This document shows, piece after piece, positions 9,773 through 19,317 of a stretch of 64,000 nt of DNA. The translations under genes were made by a program, and so were the position numbers. The stretch's first letter is position 1; each line of letters begins with the position of its first letter. The notes beneath the pieces were generated by a model. It did no database searches and was not told where the DNA came from. It saw only the letters and a list, made by a program, of their open reading frames with translations. Origin of the DNA: a virus (taxonomy: Duplodnaviria > Caudoviricetes); IMG/VR virus record IMGVR_UViG_3300024262_000013; one strand, given 5' to 3'.

Positions 9773-11539
9773 ATGGGAGCATTATTAGAATCAGGTCTTG
9801 TTGGTAACATTGGGTTAAAACACCTTAAAGTTATCAAAGAAGACACAATCAACAAATGGGACAAATTAGGATTCCTAGAGGGTCTTAAAGGTCACGTAAA
9901 AGAGAACATGGCACAACTATATGAAAACCAAGCGTCTCACTTAATTAACGAAGCATCTGCTTCAGATAACTCAGGTTCATTTGAAACAGTAGTCTTCCCT
10001 ATCATTAGAAGAGTATTCTCTAAATTATTAGCTAATGATATTGTATCAGTACAAGCGATGAACTTACCAATCGGTAAATTATTCTACTTTGTACCTAAAA
10101 TTCAAAACCGTCATACGACAGGTGGTGAAGATGTTCAACGACATTGGAAACCTTTTGGAGCACCAGGTGCTACAGGGTCTACAGGTTCAGGATATGGCAC
10201 CGGTAAAAACTTGTATGATAGATTCTACGAAGGAGAAACACCAAATTCAAACCCAGAAGGTTTATTTGACTACTCTAAAGGAGCTTATTCAGGTGTAGTT
10301 ACAAGTGTAACTCCTGTATCATGGTCTGGTTCAGAATTAGTAGTTGCTGCGGCATCTGCTTATACAGGTAACCAAAGAACTATCTTAGTTGCTTTATCAG
10401 GGTTTAGTAATGCAGGTGCAGGTAAACTAATCGGACCTTCAGGTAACGATATGGATACTGAAGAATTCTTATCATCATTAGAAGTTAAAGGTTCAGGTGG
10501 AACTTTTTATAACTTTAATGTTGTAACACAGAAGTATGGTAAAGGTATCGTACAGTACGGTAATGAAGCATCAACTAATTTCCCTCCAGGAACTTACACA
10601 GGTAACGGTGGAAAATATGATGATATTTGTGACGCTACAGGTATAATCTATTTATCAATTGACACTTCAACACCAGCTGTTGGATGTCCTACTTGTTCAA
10701 TAGATGGATACACAGGTACCACATTTACTTTAGGTTCAATACCTTCTTTCTCAGCGGCTTACAGAATCTACGCTAGTTTAGAATTTGAAGACCAAATGGG
10801 TGAGGTTTCTTTTGACCTTGATGCAGTTACTGTATCGGTTACAGAAAGAAAACTAAGAGCACAATGGTCTCCAGAATTAGCACAAGATGTTTCTGCATTC
10901 CACAACATTGATGCTGAAGCTGAATTAACAGCTTTATTATCAGAACAAGTGGCTGCTGAAATTGACCGTGAAATCTTAAGAGACTTAAGAAAAGGTGCGG
11001 CTTGGACATTACGTTGGGATTACAACGGATGGAAGAGAGTGTCTAATGGTTCAGTTAACTATAACCAAAAAGACTGGAATCAGACATTGATTACTGCGAT
11101 TAACCAAATCTCAGCTCAAATTCACAAATCTACATTAAGAGGTGGAGCTAACTGGATTGTTGTTTCTTCGGAAATTTCAGCTATCTTTGATGACTTGGAA
11201 TACTTCCACGTATCAAATGCGGCACCAGACCAAGACCAATACAACATGGGTATTGAGAGAGTAGGAACGTTATCAGGTAGATATCAAGTTTACCGTGACC
11301 CTTACTTCCCACCAAACACAGTGTTATTGGGACATAAAGGTTCTTCATTATTGGATACAGGGTACGTTTACGCACCGTATGTACCATTACAGTTGACACC
11401 TACGATGTATAACCCGTTCAACTTTACTCCGATAAAGGGTATTATGACGAGATACGCTAAGAAAATGGTTAATAACCGTTTCTATGGTAGAATCGTTGTT
11501 GATGGTGTTAGAACATTTGATTTGAACTCTTTAAGATAA
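9773..11539 (+). CDS. gp23: major capsid protein (T4 gp23-like)
   Basis: VFPIIRRVF, VQAMNLPIGKLFY, RKLRAQWSPELAQD, AEIDREI, YAPYVPL and GIMTRYA motifs; candidate maturation site INE60-A61. Confidence 0.97.
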   Translation: MGALLESGLVGNIGLKHLKVIKEDTINKWDKLGFLEGLKGHVKENMAQLYENQASHLINEASASDNSGSFETVVFPIIRRVFSKLLANDIVSVQAMNLPIGKLFYFVPKIQNRHTTGGEDVQRHWKPFGAPGATGSTGSGYGTGKNLYDRFYEGETPNSNPEGLFDYSKGAYSGVVTSVTPVSWSGSELVVAAASAYTGNQRTILVALSGFSNAGAGKLIGPSGNDMDTEEFLSSLEVKGSGGTFYNFNVVTQKYGKGIVQYGNEASTNFPPGTYTGNGGKYDDICDATGIIYLSIDTSTPAVGCPTCSIDGYTGTTFTLGSIPSFSAAYRIYASLEFEDQMGEVSFDLDAVTVSVTERKLRAQWSPELAQDVSAFHNIDAEAELTALLSEQVAAEIDREILRDLRKGAAWTLRWDYNGWKRVSNGSVNYNQKDWNQTLITAINQISAQIHKSTLRGGANWIVVSSEISAIFDDLEYFHVSNAAPDQDQYNMGIERVGTLSGRYQVYRDPYFPPNTVLLGHKGSSLLDTGYVYAPYVPLQLTPTMYNPFNFTPIKGIMTRYAKKMVNNRFYGRIVVDGVRTFDLNSLR

Positions 11540-11560
11540 TATATCTTAATTATAATATTA

Positions 11561-11589
11561 AAGGGGACCTATACGGGTCCCCTTTTTTT
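11561..11589 (+). terminator. intrinsic terminator after the capsid gene
   Basis: Stem AAGGGGACC / GGTCCCCTT followed by a T-tract. Confidence 0.85.
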
Positions 11590-11779
11590 ATCTAACGTTT
11601 TTCCTTTCAGTTTTACAAAATGATGACTCTTCTCCAAAGTACTTACATCTTAAATCTGTAAGTTCTTTTCGGTGTTCTTTAAACTTATCGTTATCATGTG
11701 GTCTATGACCATTTGAAACCGCCATGGTTATTTCAGCAGCTAATTCACATATTCGTGAACTTATATTTGAATTTTTCAT
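11588..11779 (-). CDS. small hypothetical protein (63 aa, MKNSNISS...)
   Basis: Start moved from the track position 11806, whose ATG sits inside a terminator stem. Confidence 0.5.
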   Translation of the reverse strand: MKNSNISSRICELAAEITMAVSNGHRPHDNDKFKEHRKELTDLRCKYFGEESSFCKTERKNVR

Positions 11780-11791
11780 ATTATTAAACAT

Positions 11792-11818
11792 AAAAAAAGG
11801 GGACATCGTCCCCTTTTT
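11792..11818 (-). terminator. intrinsic terminator for 11828..12235 (probably bidirectional)
   Basis: Stem AAAAAGGGGAC / GTCCCCTTTTT with an ATC loop; a 7-A tract on + gives a U-tract on the - strand. Confidence 0.8.
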
Positions 11819-11827
11819 ATTGTTTGA

Positions 11828-12235
11828 TTAAGATTTGTGTATTTCAGGTTCAGGAACTGATGGTTCCTTATCTTCGGGTGGTGTTGTAAGCACTCTTATC
11901 GCTCTTGATACGATTTCAGACTCCTCAATACTAAAAACACCTCTTTTGTGGGCGGCTTTTGCGGCTTGTACCACACAATATAAAGATTGGTCACCTGTTA
12001 GATTTTGAACGAAACGGTCTAAATCCGCTACGTTATGATAGTTTATCGTATCAAACAATGAACCGATTGGTTTTGGTTGTTCTTCAGGTGTACTTGTTTC
12101 TTGACCTTCAAGTATCTCATTTACTTCTTTTACATTACTATCAACAGGAACAGTTTCAGTTTTTTTTGTTCTTGTTTTCCTAGTTATAGGTTTTTGAGTA
12201 TTCTCTTCCAACTCAGTTTTTTTAGCTTTAGCCAT
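11828..12235 (-). CDS. hypothetical protein (135 aa)
   Basis: Clean ORF followed by a terminator. Confidence 0.7.
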   Translation of the reverse strand: MAKAKKTELEENTQKPITRKTRTKKTETVPVDSNVKEVNEILEGQETSTPEEQPKPIGSLFDTINYHNVADLDRFVQNLTGDQSLYCVVQAAKAAHKRGVFSIEESEIVSRAIRVLTTPPEDKEPSVPEPEIHKS

Positions 12236-12314
12236 TTTGTTTTTTATTTAAGGTAATAAGTTTATTTCTTGTTATATTTATTAATAGATAACAGAAGTAT
12301 AGTAATAATCAAGT

Positions 12315-14591
12315 ATGAGTGAATATATTTTATCAGAAGATTTAGCAGTATGGTTCGGTAATAAGAAAAAAAAGAAAAATTCTTCACAACCGAAAGGACC
12401 ATGGGTTAATATTTGTAAAAAGAAAAAAGGTGGGGGTCATCCACCATGTGGTCGTGAAGACGCAGATAAAGGGGGGTATCCTGTTTGTCGAGGAGCAGGC
12501 GTTGCCGGTAAGATGACTCAAAAAGAAAAAGATTCCGCATGTCGTAGAAAACGTGAAAAAGAAAAGAATGACACTCAATCAGGTAAAGGTCAAAAACCAA
12601 CAAGAATTAAAGTGAAAAATTATAAAAAAAAGAATGAATCTATAGAAAGATTAGTTAGTTTAGTGTTAGAGAATGAAGTTAGTGATGTTAGTGATGTTAG
12701 TGACGTTAATGTATCTAGTAAAGTAATTAAAAGTATTTGCGACTCTAAAAAATTCTGTAGTGCTCAAGGACCAATAACGTTCGGACAATTAAAGAGTATT
12801 GTTGATAGTGCCAAAAACAAAAGATTAGCCAAACATATCGGTGAAGGTGGATTTAAAGCGTTTATACGTTTAATGCCTTGGTTTATACCACAAATTGCCG
12901 TCGCTGGAATGTTTACCTCAGCAATGAGAGCGGCAAATAAGTTATTTGGACCAACATTAAAGGAAACCCCATCATATAAATCTTGGTGGTCGAAAGCAAT
13001 CATGAAAATGTTTAGTTTCGCCGAGGGAGATATAAATCCATCTGACCCTTTTAGTAAAATATTCTTTATAAGTGATGGTCTAATGAATTTAATGAATAGT
13101 GAAAATAAATTAAAATTTGCTTATCATATATCTGAAATTGCGTCGACACAACCTGACGATGAACCAGTGCCTGAATTTTTTGTTGAAAATGAATTAAGAA
13201 GTTGGATAAATCAACGATTTTTATTGGACCCACCATTACAACCAAAACGTTTAGATTCTTTCGATGATGTCCAATTACCTTTAGATAATTCAGATGATGA
13301 ATCATATGATGATAGTCAGGATGAACCTGACTTAATAGATACTAAATTAATCGAATCGGTTTTAAAGTCATATACTAAAGAAAAAACCGTAATATCTGAA
13401 GAATTAAAATATCATATTGATAATAGTCTTTCATTAACTGAAAATGTTTTTAGATATGGTAGTCCCAAATACTTTGACGTAATTAACGAAGCACGTAAAT
13501 TATATAATGAAGGTTACAATCAATGGTCAGAAGAGGAAGTGGAGTTAATAGAATCCGATAGAGGTAGATTTTTTAATTATAAGGGTGAAAGATTACCGTT
13601 TGATTTTCCAATGGTTAATGAACAGGCATTTAGTTGGGACGGAACATATGCCAATGAAATTGATGAACAAGGCGCGGACACGTCTTGGTCTGACGATGAA
13701 GATAAAATAACCCTTCAAGATATTTTAGAACTTACAAAAGACATTAAAATCATAAATTTCCCAACTAAGGAATTGGCAAATATTGTCCTAAATTGGAATG
13801 ATAATCCTGAGGAAATAGAAAGAATTAGTCAAGTAGAAATCTCATCTCAGTACCCTATTTTAATTATGGTAGACGAAAATGATATAATTCAATGGATATT
13901 AGATGGAAATCATAGAGCACAAAAAGCATTAAAGTCTAATTCAGAAACAATACCTGCAAAACTTATTAAACCATCGAATCTTAATCCTAAATCTAAAAAA
14001 ATATTTGGTTTATCTGAATCCGATTATAAAGGTAAAGATGGTGATAACGATTTAAATTACAATGTCTTACTAGGGTATACTATGGAGATGTCAAAATCTG
14101 CATGGGCCGAGTCAAATAAAGATATAAACCGAATAGGTGCACTTAAGGAGTTAAAAATGTATTATTTAGATTTAAGAAATAATAAAACCCCTATGGCTTT
14201 ATCAGTACCTGCGGAGGTAGCTAAGAAGACTGTTGAGAAATTGGTCGGTGAGTTACCTAACGAATCATTATCATCACTTGAGGAATTAGGTGCAAGTCTA
14301 AAGACACTTAGTGAAGCCGAATATAAGGGCAAAGATGTTAGTTTAAACAAACCTAAGTCAGGTGGACCTAAGAAGTGGTATGTGTACGTTAAAAACCCTA
14401 AGACGGGTAAGGTAATCAAAGTATCGTATGGCTCCCCTGTTATGACAGCTAAATGGAATGACCCAGGTGCTCGTAAATCCTTCGCTGCTCGACATAGGTG
14501 TCATATGAAGAAGGATAAGACTAAGGCGGGTTATTGGGCTTGTAGAGCACATAAAGACTTCGGAAAAAACGTCTCAGGGAGATTTTGGTAA
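12315..14591 (+). CDS. multidomain late protein: basic Cys-containing N-domain, ParB/Srx-like domain, basic C-domain
   Basis: YPILIM...WILDGNHRAQKA...IPAKLI (DGNHR at 13902-13916) is a ParB/Srx-type core. Modules are separated by LSE, KNE, LTE, INE and VNE sites. TATTTAT at 12275. Confidence 0.75.
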   Translation: MSEYILSEDLAVWFGNKKKKKNSSQPKGPWVNICKKKKGGGHPPCGREDADKGGYPVCRGAGVAGKMTQKEKDSACRRKREKEKNDTQSGKGQKPTRIKVKNYKKKNESIERLVSLVLENEVSDVSDVSDVNVSSKVIKSICDSKKFCSAQGPITFGQLKSIVDSAKNKRLAKHIGEGGFKAFIRLMPWFIPQIAVAGMFTSAMRAANKLFGPTLKETPSYKSWWSKAIMKMFSFAEGDINPSDPFSKIFFISDGLMNLMNSENKLKFAYHISEIASTQPDDEPVPEFFVENELRSWINQRFLLDPPLQPKRLDSFDDVQLPLDNSDDESYDDSQDEPDLIDTKLIESVLKSYTKEKTVISEELKYHIDNSLSLTENVFRYGSPKYFDVINEARKLYNEGYNQWSEEEVELIESDRGRFFNYKGERLPFDFPMVNEQAFSWDGTYANEIDEQGADTSWSDDEDKITLQDILELTKDIKIINFPTKELANIVLNWNDNPEEIERISQVEISSQYPILIMVDENDIIQWILDGNHRAQKALKSNSETIPAKLIKPSNLNPKSKKIFGLSESDYKGKDGDNDLNYNVLLGYTMEMSKSAWAESNKDINRIGALKELKMYYLDLRNNKTPMALSVPAEVAKKTVEKLVGELPNESLSSLEELGASLKTLSEAEYKGKDVSLNKPKSGGPKKWYVYVKNPKTGKVIKVSYGSPVMTAKWNDPGARKSFAARHRCHMKKDKTKAGYWACRAHKDFGKNVSGRFW

Positions 14592-15139
14592 TGATATATT
14601 CAGATACACGACTATCACATAACAAAAAACGTAGAGTTTTTAATGAATCCGTTAACTCAGAAGAGTTAAAATGGCATAAAGATGAGTACAACCGTACAAT
14701 ACTCGTAGAGTCAAGTGACGGTTGGAAACTACAAATGGACGAGGAACTACCTCAGGACCTTAAGGTTGGACAAAAATACTCTATTAATAAAGAGACATAC
14801 CACAGAGTAATTAAAGGTTCTGGTGACCTTAAAATTGTTATAATAGAGGATAATGACTATATTCGAGTTCCATCACCTGTTATAAGTCAAATGAAAAAGG
14901 GTTTAGTGTACTCTAAAAAGGGTGGTGAAATTAATAGATTTATTGAAAAAATTGTAGAAAATAAAGTAATACATAAAAATGATTTAAATAAAATTAAAAC
15001 ATTTTTTGATAATACTAAAGAAATAATCACTTTAAATGAGTCATATAAGGGTAATCCCGAAAATGACAAGAAGTACGTTAAATGGTTATTAAATGGAGGA
15101 GATATAGGGTACCAATGGGTTATTTCTAAATCAGTTTAA
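14591..15139 (+). CDS. two-domain hypothetical protein (cupin-like N-domain plus LNGGD domain)
   Basis: Start placed at the TAATG overlap with the upstream stop. ELKWHKD...YHRVIKG is a cupin-like pattern; the C-domain resembles 40162..40626. Confidence 0.7.
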   Translation: MIYSDTRLSHNKKRRVFNESVNSEELKWHKDEYNRTILVESSDGWKLQMDEELPQDLKVGQKYSINKETYHRVIKGSGDLKIVIIEDNDYIRVPSPVISQMKKGLVYSKKGGEINRFIEKIVENKVIHKNDLNKIKTFFDNTKEIITLNESYKGNPENDKKYVKWLLNGGDIGYQWVISKSV

Positions 15140-15351
15140 CTCCATTCCTGAGCAATATCACGATTAAAGTTAGTTGGTTTAATTCCAATACTATAGTTTG
15201 GATTACCATACGACTTAGGTTCCATAATATAAAAATAGTCTAATGCTTTTTCAACACAAGAAGCTTCTGTTTCAAGAATAACAGTTTTTTCGTTATTAAC
15301 TTCATCGATTTTAGTAAATTGGTAAGTTGGGTTATTATATCCTCTATTCAT
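15136..15351 (-). CDS. hypothetical protein (71 aa)
   Basis: ORF with a TATATTTG (-7-like element) upstream at 15372-15379. Confidence 0.6.
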   Translation of the reverse strand: MNRGYNNPTYQFTKIDEVNNEKTVILETEASCVEKALDYFYIMEPKSYGNPNYSIGIKPTNFNRDIAQEWS

Positions 15352-15390
15352 GGTTTTAAATGTTTAAGTTACAAATATAGTATTAATTTT

Positions 15391-15789
15391 TTATAATTTA
15401 TTAATTTTCTGTGGAAATATTTTAAACCTATTAACCAAAGATTGGTTATTCGGATTACTTTTAAGTTCTTTTATTAGGGATTTAGCGAATTCAAAAGTTA
15501 TTTTATTATCCTCAACTTCTCTAAATACACCACAATAGAATTTACGGCAATTAGTGGGTCTATCATCATAAATACCACATAAGTTACAACTATCTAAATG
15601 CTCACATTTTTTTTTAAATAAATGCATTCCTGAGTTTAATATAATAGATTCCCCATTATGATTAAACCCCTTATCGGGCGTTATAGTATTAAATAAATGA
15701 GTTTTAGATTCCTCAACATGAACTCCTGGCCATAATATACTGTTACAACATAAACCACACCCAGCACATAAATCTTTAGTATGTTCCAT
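15391..15789 (-). CDS. YkgJ-like cysteine-cluster (Zn/Fe-chelating) protein
   Basis: CAGCGLCC plus CEHL...CGIYDDRPTNCRKFYC, the 8-Cys pattern of the family. Confidence 0.8.
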   Translation of the reverse strand: MEHTKDLCAGCGLCCNSILWPGVHVEESKTHLFNTITPDKGFNHNGESIILNSGMHLFKKKCEHLDSCNLCGIYDDRPTNCRKFYCGVFREVEDNKITFEFAKSLIKELKSNPNNQSLVNRFKIFPQKINKL

Positions 15790-15819
15790 TCATGTGTTTC
15801 ATTATGTAAATCTCAATTA

Positions 15820-16074
15820 TTAATTTTTATTGGTACAGTACTTACCTGAACATTTTTTTACACCATCTTTATCTGGCATTTTACCCTTACAAACTTGAAC
15901 TGCATAACCATTAGCATAAGCTGATGGATAGACATCGTACTTTGCCTTAGCGGCGTTTTTACCTCTTGAACATAAAGTGGTATCTTTTTTCTTTTTTCTA
16001 CTTCTCTTCTTTTCGTTAATTACTCGTGTAATAATCTCAAGAATGTCGTTTTCGGTTATTGTTAATTTTATCAT
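15820..16074 (-). CDS. small basic protein with an ITE/INE leader (candidate internal head protein)
   Basis: Acidic leader MIKLTITENDILEIITRVINE, then a K/R-rich domain containing YPSAYANGY. Confidence 0.7.
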   Translation of the reverse strand: MIKLTITENDILEIITRVINEKKRSRKKKKDTTLCSRGKNAAKAKYDVYPSAYANGYAVQVCKGKMPDKDGVKKCSGKYCTNKN

Positions 16075-17534
16075 TTTCTATTAACTATTTGGAATTTAAG
16101 TTCTCTTTTATAAGTATTAATTTCCCTATCGGTAATAACCTTTATATCAATAAAATATTCATTTGGTATTTTATCGTCAGTATTAAAAATAAAATAATGA
16201 CTATCTGGTGTTCTATTTAATTTTGTCCAATCTTGAACTTGAACTTCAGTTTTTCCTTCTCTAACATATACCCGGTAATAAGCGTCAACTTTATTTAATA
16301 TTTCATTTGTCGTATACGCTTTCTTAATGATAACATTAACTTTACGAGTATCGGGACCTAATATCTTTTCATCTTGTTTAATCCCGTAAAAATCAAAACC
16401 ATATATTGAAGGGTCATTAGTTGTGGAACCTATTTGGTATAAGTCCGATAAATCATTAACTACAAATTCATTAGTTACGTTAGAAATATCTACTCCATTT
16501 ATTTTTAAATTCTTCCATGTATCATAATACATACACGGTATATTTGTTTCGGTTACTCCTGACACTATAACTTCATATACACCATTAGTTACTTGACACG
16601 TAGTTAAATTTGAGTATTTAACCGCACCTGACATATCCGTGATATCTACAGTGGGTAGTTCATCAAAATTCTGAGGATTACCAAATTGGTAACTATAAAG
16701 ATACAACCTATTTGATTTTTTCTCATAAAAAATATTTCTATCATCTTGAATTAAGTCATCATGTGTAGTTTCTAAATAAGGCTCATAGAAAGTTTGAGTA
16801 TGTCGAGTAAAAAACCCAACAGAATAATTTTCAGTTAGACCTGTAATATTTTCAACTTGAGGGTAATAAGCGACACCCCATCCAGTCACACCTGTAGTGG
16901 CTCCTGTTAAGATATCGTTAATTTCTTGAGTCATATCAAATTTAATGTCTTCATTACCGAACTCAAAATGTTGTGTATCAATAATTGTTAAACCTGAAAA
17001 ATTAAGTCCTGAATTTAAGTTACTATTTAAATTATCATAAACACCAGGAACCGACCATTTTGAAATTGTTTGTGGCTCATACCAGTTAGTTGGTCTACTT
17101 GAGTAGGATTTATCTGTGGGTAATTCTGTAAAATCATAATAATCGTACCCAACACCTTCATCCCATGATTGAATATCACCTGTTGACCCCGAAACTTTTG
17201 GAATTCTAAAAAGTACTAAATCAAAGGAAGTTGCTCTCCTTCTACCATTTGACCAAGTATCGTTTAGTAATTCCTTATCGAATGATGAGGTATTAGTCAT
17301 GTTAAGAATATGTGTCATATTCTTTGAGCAACCCGTAGAAATTTGGCCTCCACTTATTTGATTAGTTAAACCTGATAACTCAATGTTGAATAAAAGTCGA
17401 CTATACCCTTTTGGTGTTATTACATTATTTACCCCTCCAAAGAATAATTCGCATATGGGATTTCTACCTGTATTAGCATAAGAATTTGAAACGATTGTAG
17501 TGTTCCTATTAAAATATGATTTATAAACTGACAT
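16071..17534 (-). CDS. putative virion structural protein (487 aa)
   Basis: TATTTATA 14 nt upstream; S/T/G-rich; beta-rich C-terminus; lies downstream of the spike gene. Confidence 0.7.
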   Translation of the reverse strand: MSVYKSYFNRNTTIVSNSYANTGRNPICELFFGGVNNVITPKGYSRLLFNIELSGLTNQISGGQISTGCSKNMTHILNMTNTSSFDKELLNDTWSNGRRRATSFDLVLFRIPKVSGSTGDIQSWDEGVGYDYYDFTELPTDKSYSSRPTNWYEPQTISKWSVPGVYDNLNSNLNSGLNFSGLTIIDTQHFEFGNEDIKFDMTQEINDILTGATTGVTGWGVAYYPQVENITGLTENYSVGFFTRHTQTFYEPYLETTHDDLIQDDRNIFYEKKSNRLYLYSYQFGNPQNFDELPTVDITDMSGAVKYSNLTTCQVTNGVYEVIVSGVTETNIPCMYYDTWKNLKINGVDISNVTNEFVVNDLSDLYQIGSTTNDPSIYGFDFYGIKQDEKILGPDTRKVNVIIKKAYTTNEILNKVDAYYRVYVREGKTEVQVQDWTKLNRTPDSHYFIFNTDDKIPNEYFIDIKVITDREINTYKRELKFQIVNRK

Positions 17535-17556
17535 AAACTCTTTTTAATATAAATAC

Positions 17557-19119
17557 TTAGTTTATACGAATATACTTATTTAGTATCTTTTGATTTGCAT
17601 TTCTAAGTTCTTCTAGTAACTTATCTTGGGTTACACCGTTAACAGAGGTACCATCAGGAACCATACCATGGTAAGGATGGACATGTCCGATTACGTATTG
17701 AACAACTAAATTTAATAATTCAACTAATTCTTCCCCTCGAACTATTGATGATGTTTTAGGTTCAATCTCATCAGAAAGAGTATATTCTTCAATACCGTAT
17801 AAAGTGTTTGATAAATTTACTTTTCCCGTACTACTCTTGGTTGATTTATGGGATAATAAGTAGACGTAGTCACCTCCCAATATAGATGCGGTATTATTTA
17901 ATAACACTTCTTTTTCTGGAATTATAACATTTTTTTCAGGCGTAAATGGTACGTCACCTCTCTTACTTTGGTCATAAACTAAACCATACCCCCCCTTTAA
18001 ATCTGACGGAATAATTTTTATGCCCGACATTAAATTAGCAACAAATAGTTTTTCATTTGTTTGCGAAGTATCTGAAGTTAATTTTCTATATAAACTATGT
18101 TGAGGTCTAAAGTAAATTGGAAAAATTGATTCAGCACCTGACCTTAACCTAAATGGGCCTAAAGGGGTAACTGAAGTAGTAATATTGGATAGGTCAGGAA
18201 CTAATCTTTCTGACACCCCTTCAATAATCTCATTTATTAATGAGGTTAATTTATTAACGGTTAAACCTATAAATTCAAATTTTTGGTATAAGTTTTTACC
18301 ACTTTCAACATCTGTAGTTAAATTAAAAGTTTGGGTACCAATTCTTTCACTTGGAGTTAGAGTATAAATGTATATACCGCCCGTATATGCGTCTGAATTA
18401 TTATCAGGGTTAATCACATTATATTCCACCAATAGTTTAATTGGTTTATGTCTATATTTAAACTTATATAATTTTTCAGGTGTACCGTAAGTTGTTTTTT
18501 TATTAAACTTACTGAGTTGGAGAAAGGACCTATTATCGTTACCTACTGGGTACACGTTAGGTTTTGCCACCCCATTAAATTTACCGGCTCTTAAAAGTAC
18601 AGTATCATTTTTAACGATAATGTCCGCACTACCTCTACCATCAATTGAAATATCATCAGGTATAGAATAGACTCCTTTATTATTTGATTCAAACTCTAAA
18701 CCTGTTTCAGGATTACGTAATTGTTTTAGTTGTTTATTCCTACTACCTAAATTACTTTCGCTTACCGCTGAGTCGTATGGTTCTTGGTTAGTGTTCGTAA
18801 GTGATGAAAACACTCCAGAAACATAAAATTTATCACGATTAGACTTATCATCCGGATTAGAATAAATAAGATGAACAAACTCACCTTTTTTGGGTGAGGT
18901 ATTAATAAAAACTGGTAATAGTGGTCTAATAACAAAAGGGTCCTTAGGTCCCCAATATTCGGTAACACCTATAGAACTATTAACACTCTTTTCTCTATCA
19001 ATCGTATTTTCAGTTTTTAAAATTGCACGAATACGACCTAATCCCATTGGGTCATTATTGTCTATACATTCTCCAACGTATATTATCCTATTGTTATATG
19101 GGATGTTAGTGTTTGCCAT
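17557..19119 (-). CDS. baseplate central spike/hub protein (gp5/VgrG-like OB fold)
   Basis: N-terminal GECIDNNDPMGLGRIRA is the gp5-type OB-fold signature; C-terminal GHVHPYH is a spike-tip H-x-H motif. Confidence 0.75.
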   Translation of the reverse strand: MANTNIPYNNRIIYVGECIDNNDPMGLGRIRAILKTENTIDREKSVNSSIGVTEYWGPKDPFVIRPLLPVFINTSPKKGEFVHLIYSNPDDKSNRDKFYVSGVFSSLTNTNQEPYDSAVSESNLGSRNKQLKQLRNPETGLEFESNNKGVYSIPDDISIDGRGSADIIVKNDTVLLRAGKFNGVAKPNVYPVGNDNRSFLQLSKFNKKTTYGTPEKLYKFKYRHKPIKLLVEYNVINPDNNSDAYTGGIYIYTLTPSERIGTQTFNLTTDVESGKNLYQKFEFIGLTVNKLTSLINEIIEGVSERLVPDLSNITTSVTPLGPFRLRSGAESIFPIYFRPQHSLYRKLTSDTSQTNEKLFVANLMSGIKIIPSDLKGGYGLVYDQSKRGDVPFTPEKNVIIPEKEVLLNNTASILGGDYVYLLSHKSTKSSTGKVNLSNTLYGIEEYTLSDEIEPKTSSIVRGEELVELLNLVVQYVIGHVHPYHGMVPDGTSVNGVTQDKLLEELRNANQKILNKYIRIN

Positions 19120-19316
19120 TATTTAGTTCTACTTTTATATTCATTTAAGATTTTATTGTAGATTAATTCACTACTATCTAAATGATGTGTTAATTTTATT
19201 ATATTCTTTTTAGTTTCTTGGAAATCATTTTCTAAAAAATCCATTACCTCCATCAAGTCTTTATTGGGACTTGTCTTATATTCTAATAATATTTTTGTTA
19301 CTTTTTCTTCAGTCAT
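19119..19316 (-). CDS. small hypothetical coiled-coil protein
   Basis: Start moved to the ATG at 19316 (MTEEK), immediately after the upstream stop; this removes the 47-nt overlap in the track call. Confidence 0.65.
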   Translation of the reverse strand: MTEEKVTKILLEYKTSPNKDLMEVMDFLENDFQETKKNIIKLTHHLDSSELIYNKILNEYKSRTK

Positions 19317-19317
19317 T

